A DNA stretch of 64,000 nt, from positions 94,134-158,133 of IMG/VR virus record IMGVR_UViG_2919367315_000003, one strand, 5' to 3'. The notes under the pieces were generated by a model. That model had not been told where the DNA came from. It saw only the letters and a list, made by a program, of their open reading frames with translations, and did not search any database. The translations under genes and the position numbers were made by a program. Source of the stretch: a virus. Lineage: Duplodnaviria > Heunggongvirae > Uroviricota > Caudoviricetes. Numbering within the stretch: position 1 is the stretch's first letter; every line of letters starts with the position of its first letter. Below, piece after piece: positions 45,113 through 55,332 of this stretch.

Positions 45113-47184
45113 AATACTTAGAATTGAACAACCTAATCATGAAGAAAAAAGACGGATTTTTTGACCTTGAAAAAGATTTAGAAGCGATCAAAGAGTTCAA
45201 AAAAGAAGTTATTAAAAATACAGTACATTTCAATAATAACGAAGAACGAATGAAGCATCTAATTGAGAATGACTATTACATAGATTTTTATGAGCATTAT
45301 AGTAAGGAAGAAGTAAATAAGATACATGAGATTGCTTATAGTTACAAGTTTAAATTTGCCTCATATATGGCTATTCAAAAGTTTTATAACGATTATGCAT
45401 TGAAGACAAACGATAAAAACAGTTATCTTGAGGACATCGAACAACACAATTGTGTGGTCGCAATGTATTTGGCACAAGGACAGTATGAAGTGGCAGTGAA
45501 CATTCTAAAAGGGTTAATGGAGCAACGAATTCAACCCAGCACTCCTACGTATTTGAATGCTGGACGCAGCAGAAGAGGAGAAATGGTGTCTTGTTTCTTG
45601 CTTGAGATGGATGACTCTTTAAACTCCATTAACTATGTACTTAATACTTGTATGCAGCTCTCTAAGATTGGTGGAGGTGTGGCAGTAAACCTTTCTAAGT
45701 TGCGTGGACGAGGCGAACCAATTAAAGGCGTAGAAGGCGCAGCTAAAGGAATAAGTCCTGTTTTGAAGCTTATGGAAGATGCTTTTTCCTATGCTGATCA
45801 AATGGGCCAACGAAAAGGTTCAGGAGCTGGATACTATAATATCTTTGGATGGGATGTTCAAGAATTCTTAGACAGTAAAAAAATTAATGCAGATGAAAAA
45901 TCTCGACTTAAAACCCTATCTATAGGTCTTATAGTTCCACAAAAATTTTATGAACTTGCCGAACAAGATAAACCCCTGTACGTATTTGCGCCATATTCAG
46001 TATACAAGACTTATGGAATTCACCTCGACGATATGAATATGAATGAGATGTATGAAGAACTGTTGAATAATCAATCCATTAAAAAGAAACGTCTAGATGC
46101 AAGAGACATGATCACTAAAATTGCTGTATCGCAGCTTGAATCTGGCTATCCATACATTGTTAATAGAGATAATGCTAACAGTACACATGCTTTAAAAGGA
46201 ATTGGAAATATAAAGATGTCAAATCTATGCACTGAAATTTTTCAGCTACAAGAAACTTCAGAAATCAATGATTATGGGCAAGTCGACATTATCCGTAAGG
46301 ACATTAGCTGTAATTTGGCTTCGTTGAACATTGTGAACGTGATGGAGTCTAAAAACATCAAGGAATCTGTATACACAGGAATTTATGCAATCGACTCTGT
46401 GTCACGATTGACTAGTATCGGCAATGCTCCCGGTGTGAAATTGGCTAATGATGAGCTGCATTCAGTTGGGCTTGGAGCAATGAATCTACACGGGTTTCTT
46501 GCCAAAAACCGTATTGCTTATGAGAGTAGTGAAGCAATCGAATTCGTAAGAGCATTTTTTGCAGCTATGAATTTTCACTCCCTTGAGGCAAGTATGGAAC
46601 TTTCTAAGAAGCATGGATCATTTAAAGGGTTTGAGTTTTCTGAATATGCTAATGGTAATTACTTTGTACAATACGAAAAAGAAGATTTTAATCCAGCAAG
46701 TGAAAAAATCAGTAAGCTATTTGAAGGAATTAATCTCCCAACTAAAAAAGATTGGACGAAATTGAAAGCGCAAGTTGCTGAATTTGGTCTGGCTAATGCG
46801 TACAGACTCACAATTGCTCCAACACAATCCATTAGTTACGTACAAAATTCTACTTCAAGTGTCATGCCAATAGTTGAACCAATTGAAACTAGAACTTATG
46901 CTAATTCAACAACATATTATCCTATGCCGTTTTTGGCACGAGACAACTTCTTCTTCTACAAGTCTGCATACAATATGGATATGTTTAAAATGATTGATTT
47001 AATTTCAGAAATTCAGAGACATATCGATCAAGGAGTGTCAACAATATTGTATGTAAATAGTGATGTGTCCACCAAAGAGTTGGGAAGATACTATGTATAT
47101 GCTAATAGAAAAGGTCTTAAATCTTTGTATTATACACGTACTAAAAAATTATCTGTAGAAGAATGTACAAGTTGTGCTATTTAA
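45109..47184 (+). CDS. nrdE: ribonucleoside-diphosphate reductase class Ib alpha subunit (no intron/intein apparent)
   Basis: 691 aa; conserved active-site segments (NLCTEI..., catalytic cysteines) and typical Ib C-terminus. Confidence 0.85.
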   Translation: MKYLELNNLIMKKKDGFFDLEKDLEAIKEFKKEVIKNTVHFNNNEERMKHLIENDYYIDFYEHYSKEEVNKIHEIAYSYKFKFASYMAIQKFYNDYALKTNDKNSYLEDIEQHNCVVAMYLAQGQYEVAVNILKGLMEQRIQPSTPTYLNAGRSRRGEMVSCFLLEMDDSLNSINYVLNTCMQLSKIGGGVAVNLSKLRGRGEPIKGVEGAAKGISPVLKLMEDAFSYADQMGQRKGSGAGYYNIFGWDVQEFLDSKKINADEKSRLKTLSIGLIVPQKFYELAEQDKPLYVFAPYSVYKTYGIHLDDMNMNEMYEELLNNQSIKKKRLDARDMITKIAVSQLESGYPYIVNRDNANSTHALKGIGNIKMSNLCTEIFQLQETSEINDYGQVDIIRKDISCNLASLNIVNVMESKNIKESVYTGIYAIDSVSRLTSIGNAPGVKLANDELHSVGLGAMNLHGFLAKNRIAYESSEAIEFVRAFFAAMNFHSLEASMELSKKHGSFKGFEFSEYANGNYFVQYEKEDFNPASEKISKLFEGINLPTKKDWTKLKAQVAEFGLANAYRLTIAPTQSISYVQNSTSSVMPIVEPIETRTYANSTTYYPMPFLARDNFFFYKSAYNMDMFKMIDLISEIQRHIDQGVSTILYVNSDVSTKELGRYYVYANRKGLKSLYYTRTKKLSVEECTSCAI

Positions 47185-47204
47185 ACGAACAGGAGAGTAA
47201 CTAG

Positions 47205-48173
47205 ATGACATTAAAAGCTGTAAATTGGAACAGAGAAGACGATGGGTTTACTCAGACATTTTGGAAACAGAATATTGAACAATTTTGGACGGATGATGAA
47301 ATCCCACTGTCCGATGATAAAATGAGTTGGGTCGACTTAATGCCGACTGAACAAGATGTGTATAAAAGGGTGTTGGGCGGTTTGACGTTGCTCGATACTC
47401 TTCAGGGAGGGGTAGGAATGCCCCAAATTTTAGAGAGAGTCGAAGGCCTTCAGCGAAAAGCAGTATTTGGTTTTATGGGTATGATGGAGCAAATTCATGC
47501 TAAATCGTACAGCAGCATCTTTACAACATTGGCTACTACCGAAGAAATAGATGAAATTTTTGAATGGGTGGAACAAAATAAACATCTTCAACAAAAGGCT
47601 AAAACAATACAGCAATATTACATTAATATTAGAACCAAAAGAGATTTTTACATGGCTATGGCTGCTTCTGTTCTTTTAGAAAGCTATTTGTTTTATAGCG
47701 GATTCTTTTATCCTCTGTATTTAGCTGGACAAGGCAAGTTAACAGCAAGTGGAGAGATTATTGATCTTATTTTAAGGGACGAAGCTATACACGGTTTATA
47801 TACAGGTTTAATTGCTCAAGAAGTGTACGAATCCATGAATAAACGTGAAAAGGATAGAGTAAGGGAAGAAGTACTAGATCTCGTGGTAGAGCTGTATAAA
47901 AACGAAGCAGAATATACCGACGAACTGTATACCGTCATTGGCCTTGAAGAAGAAGTTAAGAAGTATGTACGTTATAATGCAAATCGTGCCTTGCAGAATC
48001 TAGGCTTCGATAACCACTTTCCCGTAGAAGATATCAATCCAATTGTTCAGAATGGAATTAGTACAAACACCAAGCAACATGACTTCTTTTCGAAAAAAGG
48101 GAATGGCTATGTCAGAACAACAAATATTGAAAGAATGACAGACGAAGATTTTAAGTTTGATTTTAATAAGTAG
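47205..48173 (+). CDS. nrdF: ribonucleoside-diphosphate reductase class Ib beta subunit
   Basis: 322 aa; ferritin-like di-metal site residues (E..H), contiguous with nrdE. Confidence 0.8.
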   Translation: MTLKAVNWNREDDGFTQTFWKQNIEQFWTDDEIPLSDDKMSWVDLMPTEQDVYKRVLGGLTLLDTLQGGVGMPQILERVEGLQRKAVFGFMGMMEQIHAKSYSSIFTTLATTEEIDEIFEWVEQNKHLQQKAKTIQQYYINIRTKRDFYMAMAASVLLESYLFYSGFFYPLYLAGQGKLTASGEIIDLILRDEAIHGLYTGLIAQEVYESMNKREKDRVREEVLDLVVELYKNEAEYTDELYTVIGLEEEVKKYVRYNANRALQNLGFDNHFPVEDINPIVQNGISTNTKQHDFFSKKGNGYVRTTNIERMTDEDFKFDFNK

Positions 48174-48208
48174 AACTAAAAAAGTGATATAAGGGAGCCA
48201 AAATACAT

Positions 48209-49081
48209 ATGACAGTTCAAAATAACAAGCAAGTAAAACAACCATTTTATGCAATCAACGACCAAGTTTATATCAAGCCACTCAAGGTAAAAGGCGTTGT
48301 TAAAGGACATCTAGATGGCTTGACTGTAGTTACATATTTCATTAAAAATAAAAGACGTACAAATAAGTTTGATATTTCTTTGTTACGTCAATATAAAGAG
48401 AAGATTAAAAGCAATAATAAGTTGGCAACCCTTTACCCTAGAGAGTTTGTACTGAGCAAAAAGGAAGTAGAAAATTTTTCTGAAATTCTAAATCTAGACC
48501 TAACTTCCAAAAGAATGATTGGGAATCTGGAGATAACACCCACTAATAAGTTTAGAGTGGAATATCACGACTACAATCCATACTCCGACTTCTTCAAGGT
48601 GCGTAAATTCCAAAAGGTATTTAATTGCCCTGCTCCAGATGTGCCAACTGTACTGTCAGATAAATTGGCAATCAACCGCGCCTCTTTTATTCTTGAGGAG
48701 GTAATTGAACTTTTGTATACTACTGCTGGAAGCAAAGAGAGATTCGATAAGTTTTTTGCTGAATTAATCTTGAATGCCGAAGAAACATACAAAAAACAGC
48801 TCACTAAGCCTTTCCCTGAAGACCGTCTAATTGGGCAAATTGACGCTCTTACTGATATTAAGTATTTTGCTGAAGGTGGATTTGTTGAGACTTCTGTTGT
48901 TCCAGACAGAATTTTTGATTTAGTACATCAGGCAAATATGTCCAAAATTTTCCCTGATGGGGAACCACACTATGATAAAGTGGGTAAAGTAATCAAGCCT
49001 GAAGGATGGGAAGCTCCTGAACCTAAAATTGAAGAAGAAGTAAAACGACAAATTAAACTTGGTGCTAAACGATTCATTTAG
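48209..49081 (+). CDS. hypothetical protein; C-terminal half weakly resembles all-alpha NTP pyrophosphohydrolase (MazG/HisE-like) helices
   Basis: ORF track; EEVIELLY / DALTDIKYFAEG segments; weak. Confidence 0.4.
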   Translation: MTVQNNKQVKQPFYAINDQVYIKPLKVKGVVKGHLDGLTVVTYFIKNKRRTNKFDISLLRQYKEKIKSNNKLATLYPREFVLSKKEVENFSEILNLDLTSKRMIGNLEITPTNKFRVEYHDYNPYSDFFKVRKFQKVFNCPAPDVPTVLSDKLAINRASFILEEVIELLYTTAGSKERFDKFFAELILNAEETYKKQLTKPFPEDRLIGQIDALTDIKYFAEGGFVETSVVPDRIFDLVHQANMSKIFPDGEPHYDKVGKVIKPEGWEAPEPKIEEEVKRQIKLGAKRFI

Positions 49082-49142
49082 TATAATCTTGGGCGGTGGT
49101 AAATCCACTGCCTTTAAAATTGATCAAAAGGAGAATTTAAAT

Positions 49143-49826
49143 ATGAACAAAATTGATGTGCTAGATAAAGGTTATGTACGATTAGTGGATGTAATGGGTT
49201 CGGATCTTACAGTGGCTAACGCTGCTCGTGTATCCTATGCAAAAGAGTCAAAAGAACTAACTGAAAAGGATATTAAGCTAATTAAATTTCTAGCGCGGGA
49301 AGATCATACCAGCCCTTTTAGACATGCATTTCTTCAGTTTGAAGTATATGCACCACTTATGGTAGCTCGACAATGGTGGAAATATATTGTTGGCTCTGAC
49401 CATACGATGGACGCTTGGAATGAATCTAGTCGACGTTACATCACTGAAGAGCCAAACTTTCATGTACCAGCATTTAATGAGTGGCGTTCTAAACCTGAAA
49501 ACTCGAAACAAGGCAGCGGAGATATTGTTAAATTTGAGCTTGGTGAAGAAGCTACATATCGACTCTTTAAAACTATTGAAGATGCAGAAAGTAATTATGA
49601 GTGGGCTATTGAGAAAGGAATTTGTGCAGAACAAGCAAGACTATTTCTCCCGGCCTATGGTATGTATGTACGTTGGTATTGGTCTACATCACTTCAAGGA
49701 GTTTGCCATTTCCTAAATCAGAGACTTGAACATGATGCTCAAAAGGAGATTCAACAATACGCAAAAGCAGTCATTGAATTGGCTAAAGAAAGGTTTCCTG
49801 TCAGCATTGATGAATTAAATAAATAA
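49143..49826 (+). CDS. thyX: flavin-dependent thymidylate synthase
   Basis: track 49059..49826 trimmed to ATG 49143 behind AAAAGGAGAA; ThyX motifs FRHA...S and ESSRRY. Confidence 0.7.
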   Translation: MNKIDVLDKGYVRLVDVMGSDLTVANAARVSYAKESKELTEKDIKLIKFLAREDHTSPFRHAFLQFEVYAPLMVARQWWKYIVGSDHTMDAWNESSRRYITEEPNFHVPAFNEWRSKPENSKQGSGDIVKFELGEEATYRLFKTIEDAESNYEWAIEKGICAEQARLFLPAYGMYVRWYWSTSLQGVCHFLNQRLEHDAQKEIQQYAKAVIELAKERFPVSIDELNK

Positions 49827-49872
49827 AAATAATGAAATAGATATATACAAACATAATCACATATGATATTAT

Positions 49873-49907
49873 AAGTACAGGTTAAATAAAGCCTGTACTT
49901 TTTATTT
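49873..49907 (+). terminator. rho-independent terminator AAGTACAGG-ttaaataaag-CCTGTACTT + T-run
   Basis: sequence inspection. Confidence 0.65.
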
Positions 49908-50100
49908 AGGAGGTGGTTGAAATAAACATCCAACACAAAGGGAGTGATGATATACGTTTTCCCTCATTATAAACATAGCACCAACGATAATCTTATGTTT
50001 AATACTGAAATACGGTAAGTATTGGTTCAGAGAAGATTACGAGCAAATCAATACTAAAATAAACAGAGAATCAATATTTAATTCATTTTGTTTCGCCATT

Positions 50101-50463
50101 ATGGGATTCTCTGCTCTAACCAAACTATCATCTTTGTTTATTATTCAGCAGCCATTAACACATCTTCAAACACCAATTATGTACATATACGCAATAATCT
50201 TTAGTCCTGTCATTGAAGAATTAATTTGTAGAAAGTATTTATTTGCGAAACTACACAAGAAATATAACTTTTGGGTCGCTTCAATTATAAGCTCTATACT
50301 ATTTGCAATACCACACTGGAATCTAGTTGGTTTCATTGGATACGTTTTTATAGGGGTAGTTTGGAGCTACTATTACAATAAGACAAATAATATACTGGTT
50401 CCAATTTGCAGTCACCTATTGTTCAATTACTTTGTCATTTTATTTATGTCACTGAGAGGATGA
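50101..50463 (+). CDS. minimal CPBP-family (CAAX protease / Abi-like) membrane protein with all three motifs in 120 aa
   Basis: EELICRKYLF (EExxxR), FAIPHW (FxxxH), CSHLLFN (HxxxN). Confidence 0.45.
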   Translation: MGFSALTKLSSLFIIQQPLTHLQTPIMYIYAIIFSPVIEELICRKYLFAKLHKKYNFWVASIISSILFAIPHWNLVGFIGYVFIGVVWSYYYNKTNNILVPICSHLLFNYFVILFMSLRG

Positions 50464-50469
50464 AAGAAC

Positions 50470-50700
50470 ATGCAATTAAGTCATGAAGCACAAACTCTGT
50501 TGGATATCTGTTGGGTTGATGGTGACCCTAGATCAACAACATTTATTATTGGAGAAAAGACTAATTTTAAAGGCACAGAGTTTAAGCCTAACGAAGAAAC
50601 CTATAATGAATTATTGGAATATCAATCCAGCTCTCCAAGGCCATATAAAATTGAGAAGTTTGGCAAGTTCGTTAATCTAACGGGAAGGAAGGTGAAATAA
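50470..50700 (+). CDS. hypothetical protein
   Basis: ORF track; GAGAGGATGAAAGAAC RBS. Confidence 0.35.
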   Translation: MQLSHEAQTLLDICWVDGDPRSTTFIIGEKTNFKGTEFKPNEETYNELLEYQSSSPRPYKIEKFGKFVNLTGRKVK

Positions 50701-50702
50701 TT

Positions 50703-50885
50703 TTGTTCAATTCGATTATACATAAATTATTTTGGAGTAGAGCATTTGATGAAGTTAGAGAAGGACATAGAAAGATGTGCTACGAATTGGGTGTAAAAGA
50801 TGGCAGAGATCAAGTAAATAAAAATAATCAATTATATAAAGAATTCTCGAACAATACATATGTTGACGAATGGCATTTACAATAA
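50703..50885 (+). CDS. hypothetical protein
   Basis: ORF track (TTG start). Confidence 0.3.
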   Translation: MFNSIIHKLFWSRAFDEVREGHRKMCYELGVKDGRDQVNKNNQLYKEFSNNTYVDEWHLQ

Positions 50886-50908
50886 TAATACATAGGAGAT
50901 GAATTGAA

Positions 50909-51199
50909 ATGAAAGTAAGCAACAAAGTTATTGATAAGTACAAAGAACTTTGTCCACATAGTTATCTCAAGTGCGACTCCATTACAGATGTAGAATTTAA
51001 AATAAAGCGAGCAATCGTACTGGGATGTCAAATCAAACAAGATGACAATGGAGAAAAATTAACTCAATACTACTATAATTGTTTTGTGGTCAAAGATAAT
51101 AATATTATTGATATGTTCAAGAATATGAATGAATACATAGAAGTTCGTGAGAAAGTTAAAAATGCATACAATAAACTTGAGGGGAAACTATTGGTTTGA
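50909..51199 (+). CDS. hypothetical protein
   Basis: ORF track; TAGGAGATGAATTG RBS. Confidence 0.4.
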   Translation: MKVSNKVIDKYKELCPHSYLKCDSITDVEFKIKRAIVLGCQIKQDDNGEKLTQYYYNCFVVKDNNIIDMFKNMNEYIEVREKVKNAYNKLEGKLLV

Positions 51200-51355
51200 A
51201 TCTTCGTAAAAGCCGTCTTTTATCAAAATACATATTGCGGATAACAATGTTTTAATAACATTAAAGGAGAACAGTAAATGACCAGACCACCTTAAGAAAT
51301 ACTGATTACATATAAGAATTACAAAAAAAATAAAACTATATAGGGAGAAATTAAT

Positions 51356-53401
51356 ATGAAAATCAAAGAACTGAAAGTGTTATTGCAAGAGAACTTTAAC
51401 AAACTGTCTCAAGAAACTACTAAATTGTTTGAAGTAGATTTGGACAAAGATTTATTCTGGAATCTATATCTGGATAGCTTTCCAGAAGGAACAAACGAAA
51501 TTTTTAGAGAGCGTAGAGAATATGATTGCAGTTGTTGCCGACAATTCATTAAGAGCATTGGGAATGTAGTTTCTATTAAGAATAATGAAATCAAAACCAT
51601 TTGGGATTTCGAAACAAATGATACAACTTTTCAGCCAGTCATTAATACACTATCAAATTATGTTAAGTCTCAAGCTGTTTCTGATGTATATGTAAGTAAA
51701 TTCAAGAAGATTGGCACAGATAGAAACTTTGAAAACACAGGCCTCAAAGTTATTAAGTGGGATCACTTATATATGGAATTACCTGAGAAGTTTATTGAAA
51801 GAGGTCATAAATCAGAAGCAGAAATCAAAGGGGCATATCGAGATACAAGATATGTATTCAAACGTTCATTGGAGGAAATCACAGAAGAGAGCCTCATCAC
51901 AGTCCTAGAACTCATTTCTCAAAATTCCTTATATAAAGGTGAAGAGTGGAAAGGCGTATTAACTGAATTTCTCAAACTCAAGAAAGCATATGGTAAGCTG
52001 CAAACTGAAAAAGAAAAAGACAACTATACATGGGAACAGTCTGTAAAAGTAGGTGCCGTAATTGGTCGTATTAGAAACCACAGTACTGGAACATTACTCA
52101 TCAATATTAGTGAAGAAATGGATTTAGACACAGCAGTTAAGAAATACGAAGCAATTGTTGCTCCATCCAACTATAAACGTCCTAAAGCAATCTTCACTCA
52201 GAAGATGCTGGACGACGCTAAAAAAACAATTGAGAAATTGGGATATTTTGAATCCTTAAGTCGTAGACATGCCACGTTGGACGATATTACAGTTAACAAC
52301 ATTCTCTTCTCAAATAAAGACTCAGCTAAACGAATTCAAGGTGCTACCAATATTTTTGAAGAAATGTCTAAAGAAGTTGCCATTAATCCTAAAAGTTTCT
52401 CTAGGGTCGAAGAAGTTTCCATTGGATCTTTCGTTGAGAACATTTTACCTACTGCAAATGAACTTGATGTTTTTTTGGAAAATAGACATTCCAGTAGCAT
52501 GGTTTCATTGATTGCACCAGTGAACAAGGATGCTAAAACGATGTTCAAGTGGAATAATGCTTTTAGTTGGGCCTATTCAGGAAATATTGCCGATAGTGCA
52601 TTGAAAGAACGGGTAAAATCCGCTGGCGGTAATGTAGAAGGAGTGCTAAGATTTTCAATCCAATGGAATGATGGACAGCATGATCGGAATGACTTGGACG
52701 CTCACTGCTGTGAGCCTAATGGAAATTGGATTTATTATGGAGATAAAACCAATCGATTTACTACTGGAGAATTAGATGTTGATATTATCAACCCTGAACG
52801 AGGCGTTCCCGCTGTAGAGAATATCACATGGACTGATAGAGACAGAATGTTAGAAGGAACCTACAAGTTTTTGGTACATAATTACACGCACCGTGGAGGA
52901 AAGAATGGATTTAAGGCAGAGATTGAGTTTGATGGTCAAATTTACTCCTTTGAATACAATAAGGAGATGAGAAATGGTGAAAAGGTTGTAGTAGCAGAAG
53001 TTACTTTTAATAGAAACACTGGCTTTACTATCAAAGAAAAAATTCCCTTTAATGTATCGTCGAAAGAAGTGTGGGGTTTGAAAACCAATCAATTCGTTCC
53101 GGTGTCTGTCGTATGTTATTCTCCAAATTATTGGGATGAGCAGCAAGGAATTGGACATCGCCATTACATGTTTATGTTGAAAGATTGTATCAATACAGAA
53201 CAGCCCAATGCTTTTTACAACGAGTTTCTTAATGAAGAACTGATGCAACATAAACGCGTATTGGAAGCACTCGGAAGCAAGATGGCTGTAAATACAGTTG
53301 ATGATCAATTGTCAGGATTGGGATTCAGTTCAACTAAGCGCAATGATTTACTGGTTAGAGTAAAGGGTCAATCAGAAAGAGTTCTAAAAGTAAAATTCTA
53401 A
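51356..53401 (+). CDS. large hypothetical protein (681 aa), no recognisable domain
   Basis: ORF track; TAGGGAGAAATTAAT RBS; clean long ORF. Confidence 0.55.
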   Translation: MKIKELKVLLQENFNKLSQETTKLFEVDLDKDLFWNLYLDSFPEGTNEIFRERREYDCSCCRQFIKSIGNVVSIKNNEIKTIWDFETNDTTFQPVINTLSNYVKSQAVSDVYVSKFKKIGTDRNFENTGLKVIKWDHLYMELPEKFIERGHKSEAEIKGAYRDTRYVFKRSLEEITEESLITVLELISQNSLYKGEEWKGVLTEFLKLKKAYGKLQTEKEKDNYTWEQSVKVGAVIGRIRNHSTGTLLINISEEMDLDTAVKKYEAIVAPSNYKRPKAIFTQKMLDDAKKTIEKLGYFESLSRRHATLDDITVNNILFSNKDSAKRIQGATNIFEEMSKEVAINPKSFSRVEEVSIGSFVENILPTANELDVFLENRHSSSMVSLIAPVNKDAKTMFKWNNAFSWAYSGNIADSALKERVKSAGGNVEGVLRFSIQWNDGQHDRNDLDAHCCEPNGNWIYYGDKTNRFTTGELDVDIINPERGVPAVENITWTDRDRMLEGTYKFLVHNYTHRGGKNGFKAEIEFDGQIYSFEYNKEMRNGEKVVVAEVTFNRNTGFTIKEKIPFNVSSKEVWGLKTNQFVPVSVVCYSPNYWDEQQGIGHRHYMFMLKDCINTEQPNAFYNEFLNEELMQHKRVLEALGSKMAVNTVDDQLSGLGFSSTKRNDLLVRVKGQSERVLKVKF

Positions 53402-53435
53402 AATAGTATAAATGAAAACTAAGGAGCGATTAATT

Positions 53436-53825
53436 ATGACAAACGAACAAAAGTTTGAAGTTGCATTAAAAAACAAATTCAGATTCCCATACAAAGGTTT
53501 GGTGTCCACAGAAGATCTATTTGATTTGAAAGTAGAGGATTTAGACGCGATCTTTAAGACATTGAATTCTCAACTTAAACGAGTTAAAGAAGAAAGTCTT
53601 CTTGATACAAAAACAAAAGAAGATAAAGAACTTGAAGTAAAAATTGAAATTGTGAAATATATCGTGTCCGCTAAATTGGCAGAAAAAGAACTGCATCTTA
53701 AAGTACGTGAACAAAAAGAGCAAAAACAGAAGATTCTTGCAATTCTATCAACTAAACAAAATGAAGATTTACAGAACAAGTCAGTTGAAGAACTTAAAGC
53801 AATGCTCGATAAATTAGACAATTAA
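53436..53825 (+). CDS. hypothetical coiled-coil protein
   Basis: track 53412..53825 trimmed to ATG behind AAGGAG. Confidence 0.45.
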   Translation: MTNEQKFEVALKNKFRFPYKGLVSTEDLFDLKVEDLDAIFKTLNSQLKRVKEESLLDTKTKEDKELEVKIEIVKYIVSAKLAEKELHLKVREQKEQKQKILAILSTKQNEDLQNKSVEELKAMLDKLDN

Positions 53826-53934
53826 TAGTTAATGAGCAACGGACGAAGTGAATACTCGGATAAATTTCTCCGTTGTTCTCCCTTAGAGGATAGTATGAAT
53901 CTAAAATATACATAACATTGGAGGATGAAAATTA

Positions 53935-54108
53935 ATGAGAAATGTGATTTTTGGAGTATCAAAAGAAACAGTCGGATCATATGTGGAACAGGTGTTAGAG
54001 AAGAATGATGATAGTTTAATGATTTTGGCTCCACCTTCAGGAACAATAGGCACTTATGCCCCATCTAAAAAAAGGAAAGAACAAAGGGTACTATCGAGTC
54101 AAACTTGA
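53935..54108 (+). CDS. small ORF A (57 aa), upstream half of a putative frameshifted gene
   Basis: strong RBS GGAGGATGAAAATTA; contains A7 run 54067-54073. Confidence 0.3.
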   Translation: MRNVIFGVSKETVGSYVEQVLEKNDDSLMILAPPSGTIGTYAPSKKRKEQRVLSSQT

Positions 54109-54217
54109 AGTTTGGATTCCTGAGGATGCAATTAAAGGAGAAGACGCATTAAATGACTTTGGTGCATCAGTATTAATGAGACTGCCCAAAGATAGAGTCG
54201 CAGACCATCTGAAGTAA
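54056..54217 (+). CDS. small ORF B (53 aa) in +1 frame overlapping ORF A; downstream half of putative frameshifted gene
   Basis: no RBS of its own; frame open from 54050. Confidence 0.25.
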   Translation: MPHLKKGKNKGYYRVKLEVWIPEDAIKGEDALNDFGASVLMRLPKDRVADHLK

Positions 54218-54246
54218 ACTACGCAAACAAATAAGGAGATGATTCA

Positions 54247-54501
54247 ATGAAAAGTAGTGTGGATTGTGAACTGATTAGTGTTTCTCTTAGTAGCGAAAAT
54301 TATTTTGGCAAAGATGATGAACTTAATGGAAGTGCAAAAATTAAAGTTGATATCTCGCTGGGGAAATTATTTGGAAAAACATTGGAGTGTTCAGAAACAG
54401 AATATATCAGTCTGTCAATGTTCTCTAAAGGAACTCAACAAAAAGCAATAGAATTGTTTGAACAAATTAAAATAGAAATTAAGAACGAGATAAAAATCTA
54501 A
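54247..54501 (+). CDS. hypothetical protein
   Basis: ORF track; AAGGAGATGATTCA RBS. Confidence 0.4.
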   Translation: MKSSVDCELISVSLSSENYFGKDDELNGSAKIKVDISLGKLFGKTLECSETEYISLSMFSKGTQQKAIELFEQIKIEIKNEIKI

Positions 54502-54524
54502 TTTTATCAGGAGGATGGGCAGTA

Positions 54525-54815
54525 ATGAAATTATTTAAAGTAGACAATAACTTCACTGGTTGCAGTTTGCAAAGTTATCTAGTGATTGCAGCAACTAAGA
54601 ACGATGCGGTTGAAATGGCTGGATTGAAACTGAGGGACTATGCGTTAAATAATTGCTTTACTATTAACAAAAAGATGTACCAAAATGTTGGAATTACTAT
54701 AAAGAATATATTTGAACATATCGATAAACCAAGTTACTCTTCTCACTTTAAAGCAAAATGCTTATCTGAAGACACTTCGCTTGAGCAGGCGATCAAATTT
54801 AGATGGGAGATATGA
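54525..54815 (+). CDS. hypothetical protein
   Basis: ORF track; CAGGAGGATGGGCAGTA RBS. Confidence 0.4.
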   Translation: MKLFKVDNNFTGCSLQSYLVIAATKNDAVEMAGLKLRDYALNNCFTINKKMYQNVGITIKNIFEHIDKPSYSSHFKAKCLSEDTSLEQAIKFRWEI

Positions 54816-55042
54816 AAATGAATCAATACCTTGTATGTTTTAAGACAAAAACTGAGTGGGAAGTGGGGCTAGTAGTTAAGATCGATGTGTCAGTCAATAG
54901 ACCGAATAATCCATCTGACGATGAGATCATCAACGATTACCTGAAGTTGAATTATGGCGAATCTATAGATTATGAAACTCTGCAATGTCATGTATTAAGC
55001 GATGTTATACATATTGATCAAGATTACTGCGTTGAAACCTGA
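54803..55042 (+). CDS. hypothetical protein
   Basis: ORF track. Confidence 0.35.
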   Translation: MGDMKMNQYLVCFKTKTEWEVGLVVKIDVSVNRPNNPSDDEIINDYLKLNYGESIDYETLQCHVLSDVIHIDQDYCVET

Positions 55043-55102
55043 TCAAAGTCTAGTTTTATAAAGATTGGAACTAATAATGAAGTAGGTAGGAGGAGTAAAA
55101 GA

Positions 55103-55282
55103 ATGAAACTCAAAGCAAAATGTCCAGAGTGTGGAGAAAAGAATTGGAATCGTGATTGGGATAAAGCGACAATGGAAGTGTTTAAAGGCGAAATAGGGAG
55201 CATTTCTGACCCCGAATATAGAGATTGTGCTGCCCATGTTTGCCCTTCGTGTAAGGCGGAAATTGTTGGCATTACGGATTAG
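55103..55282 (+). CDS. small zinc-ribbon protein (CPECG ... CPSC), 59 aa
   Basis: GTAGGAGGAGTAAAAGA RBS; manual translation; not in track. Confidence 0.35.
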   Translation: MKLKAKCPECGEKNWNRDWDKATMEVFKGEIGSISDPEYRDCAAHVCPSCKAEIVGITD

Positions 55283-55332
55283 TGAGTGCAACCTTCTAAA
55301 ATACCTGTTTTATTTAGAAAGGAATATAAATA

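Noticed and set aside
45109-48173. group I intron or intein in nrdE/nrdF, as in SPbeta
   Set aside because: The nrdE and nrdF ORFs are continuous and of normal length (691 and 322 aa). No interruption is visible.
51199-51355. AATGTT-ttaata-AACATT palindrome and weak hairpin after 51199
   Set aside because: Short arms. Indistinguishable from chance in AT-rich DNA.
52850-53308. 152-aa minus-strand ORF inside the 681-aa gene
   Set aside because: Antisense shadow ORF. No RBS.
53541-54064. minus-strand ORFs 53541..53723, 53570..53821, 53822..54064
   Set aside because: Low-complexity antisense ORFs. The plus-strand genes have RBSs.
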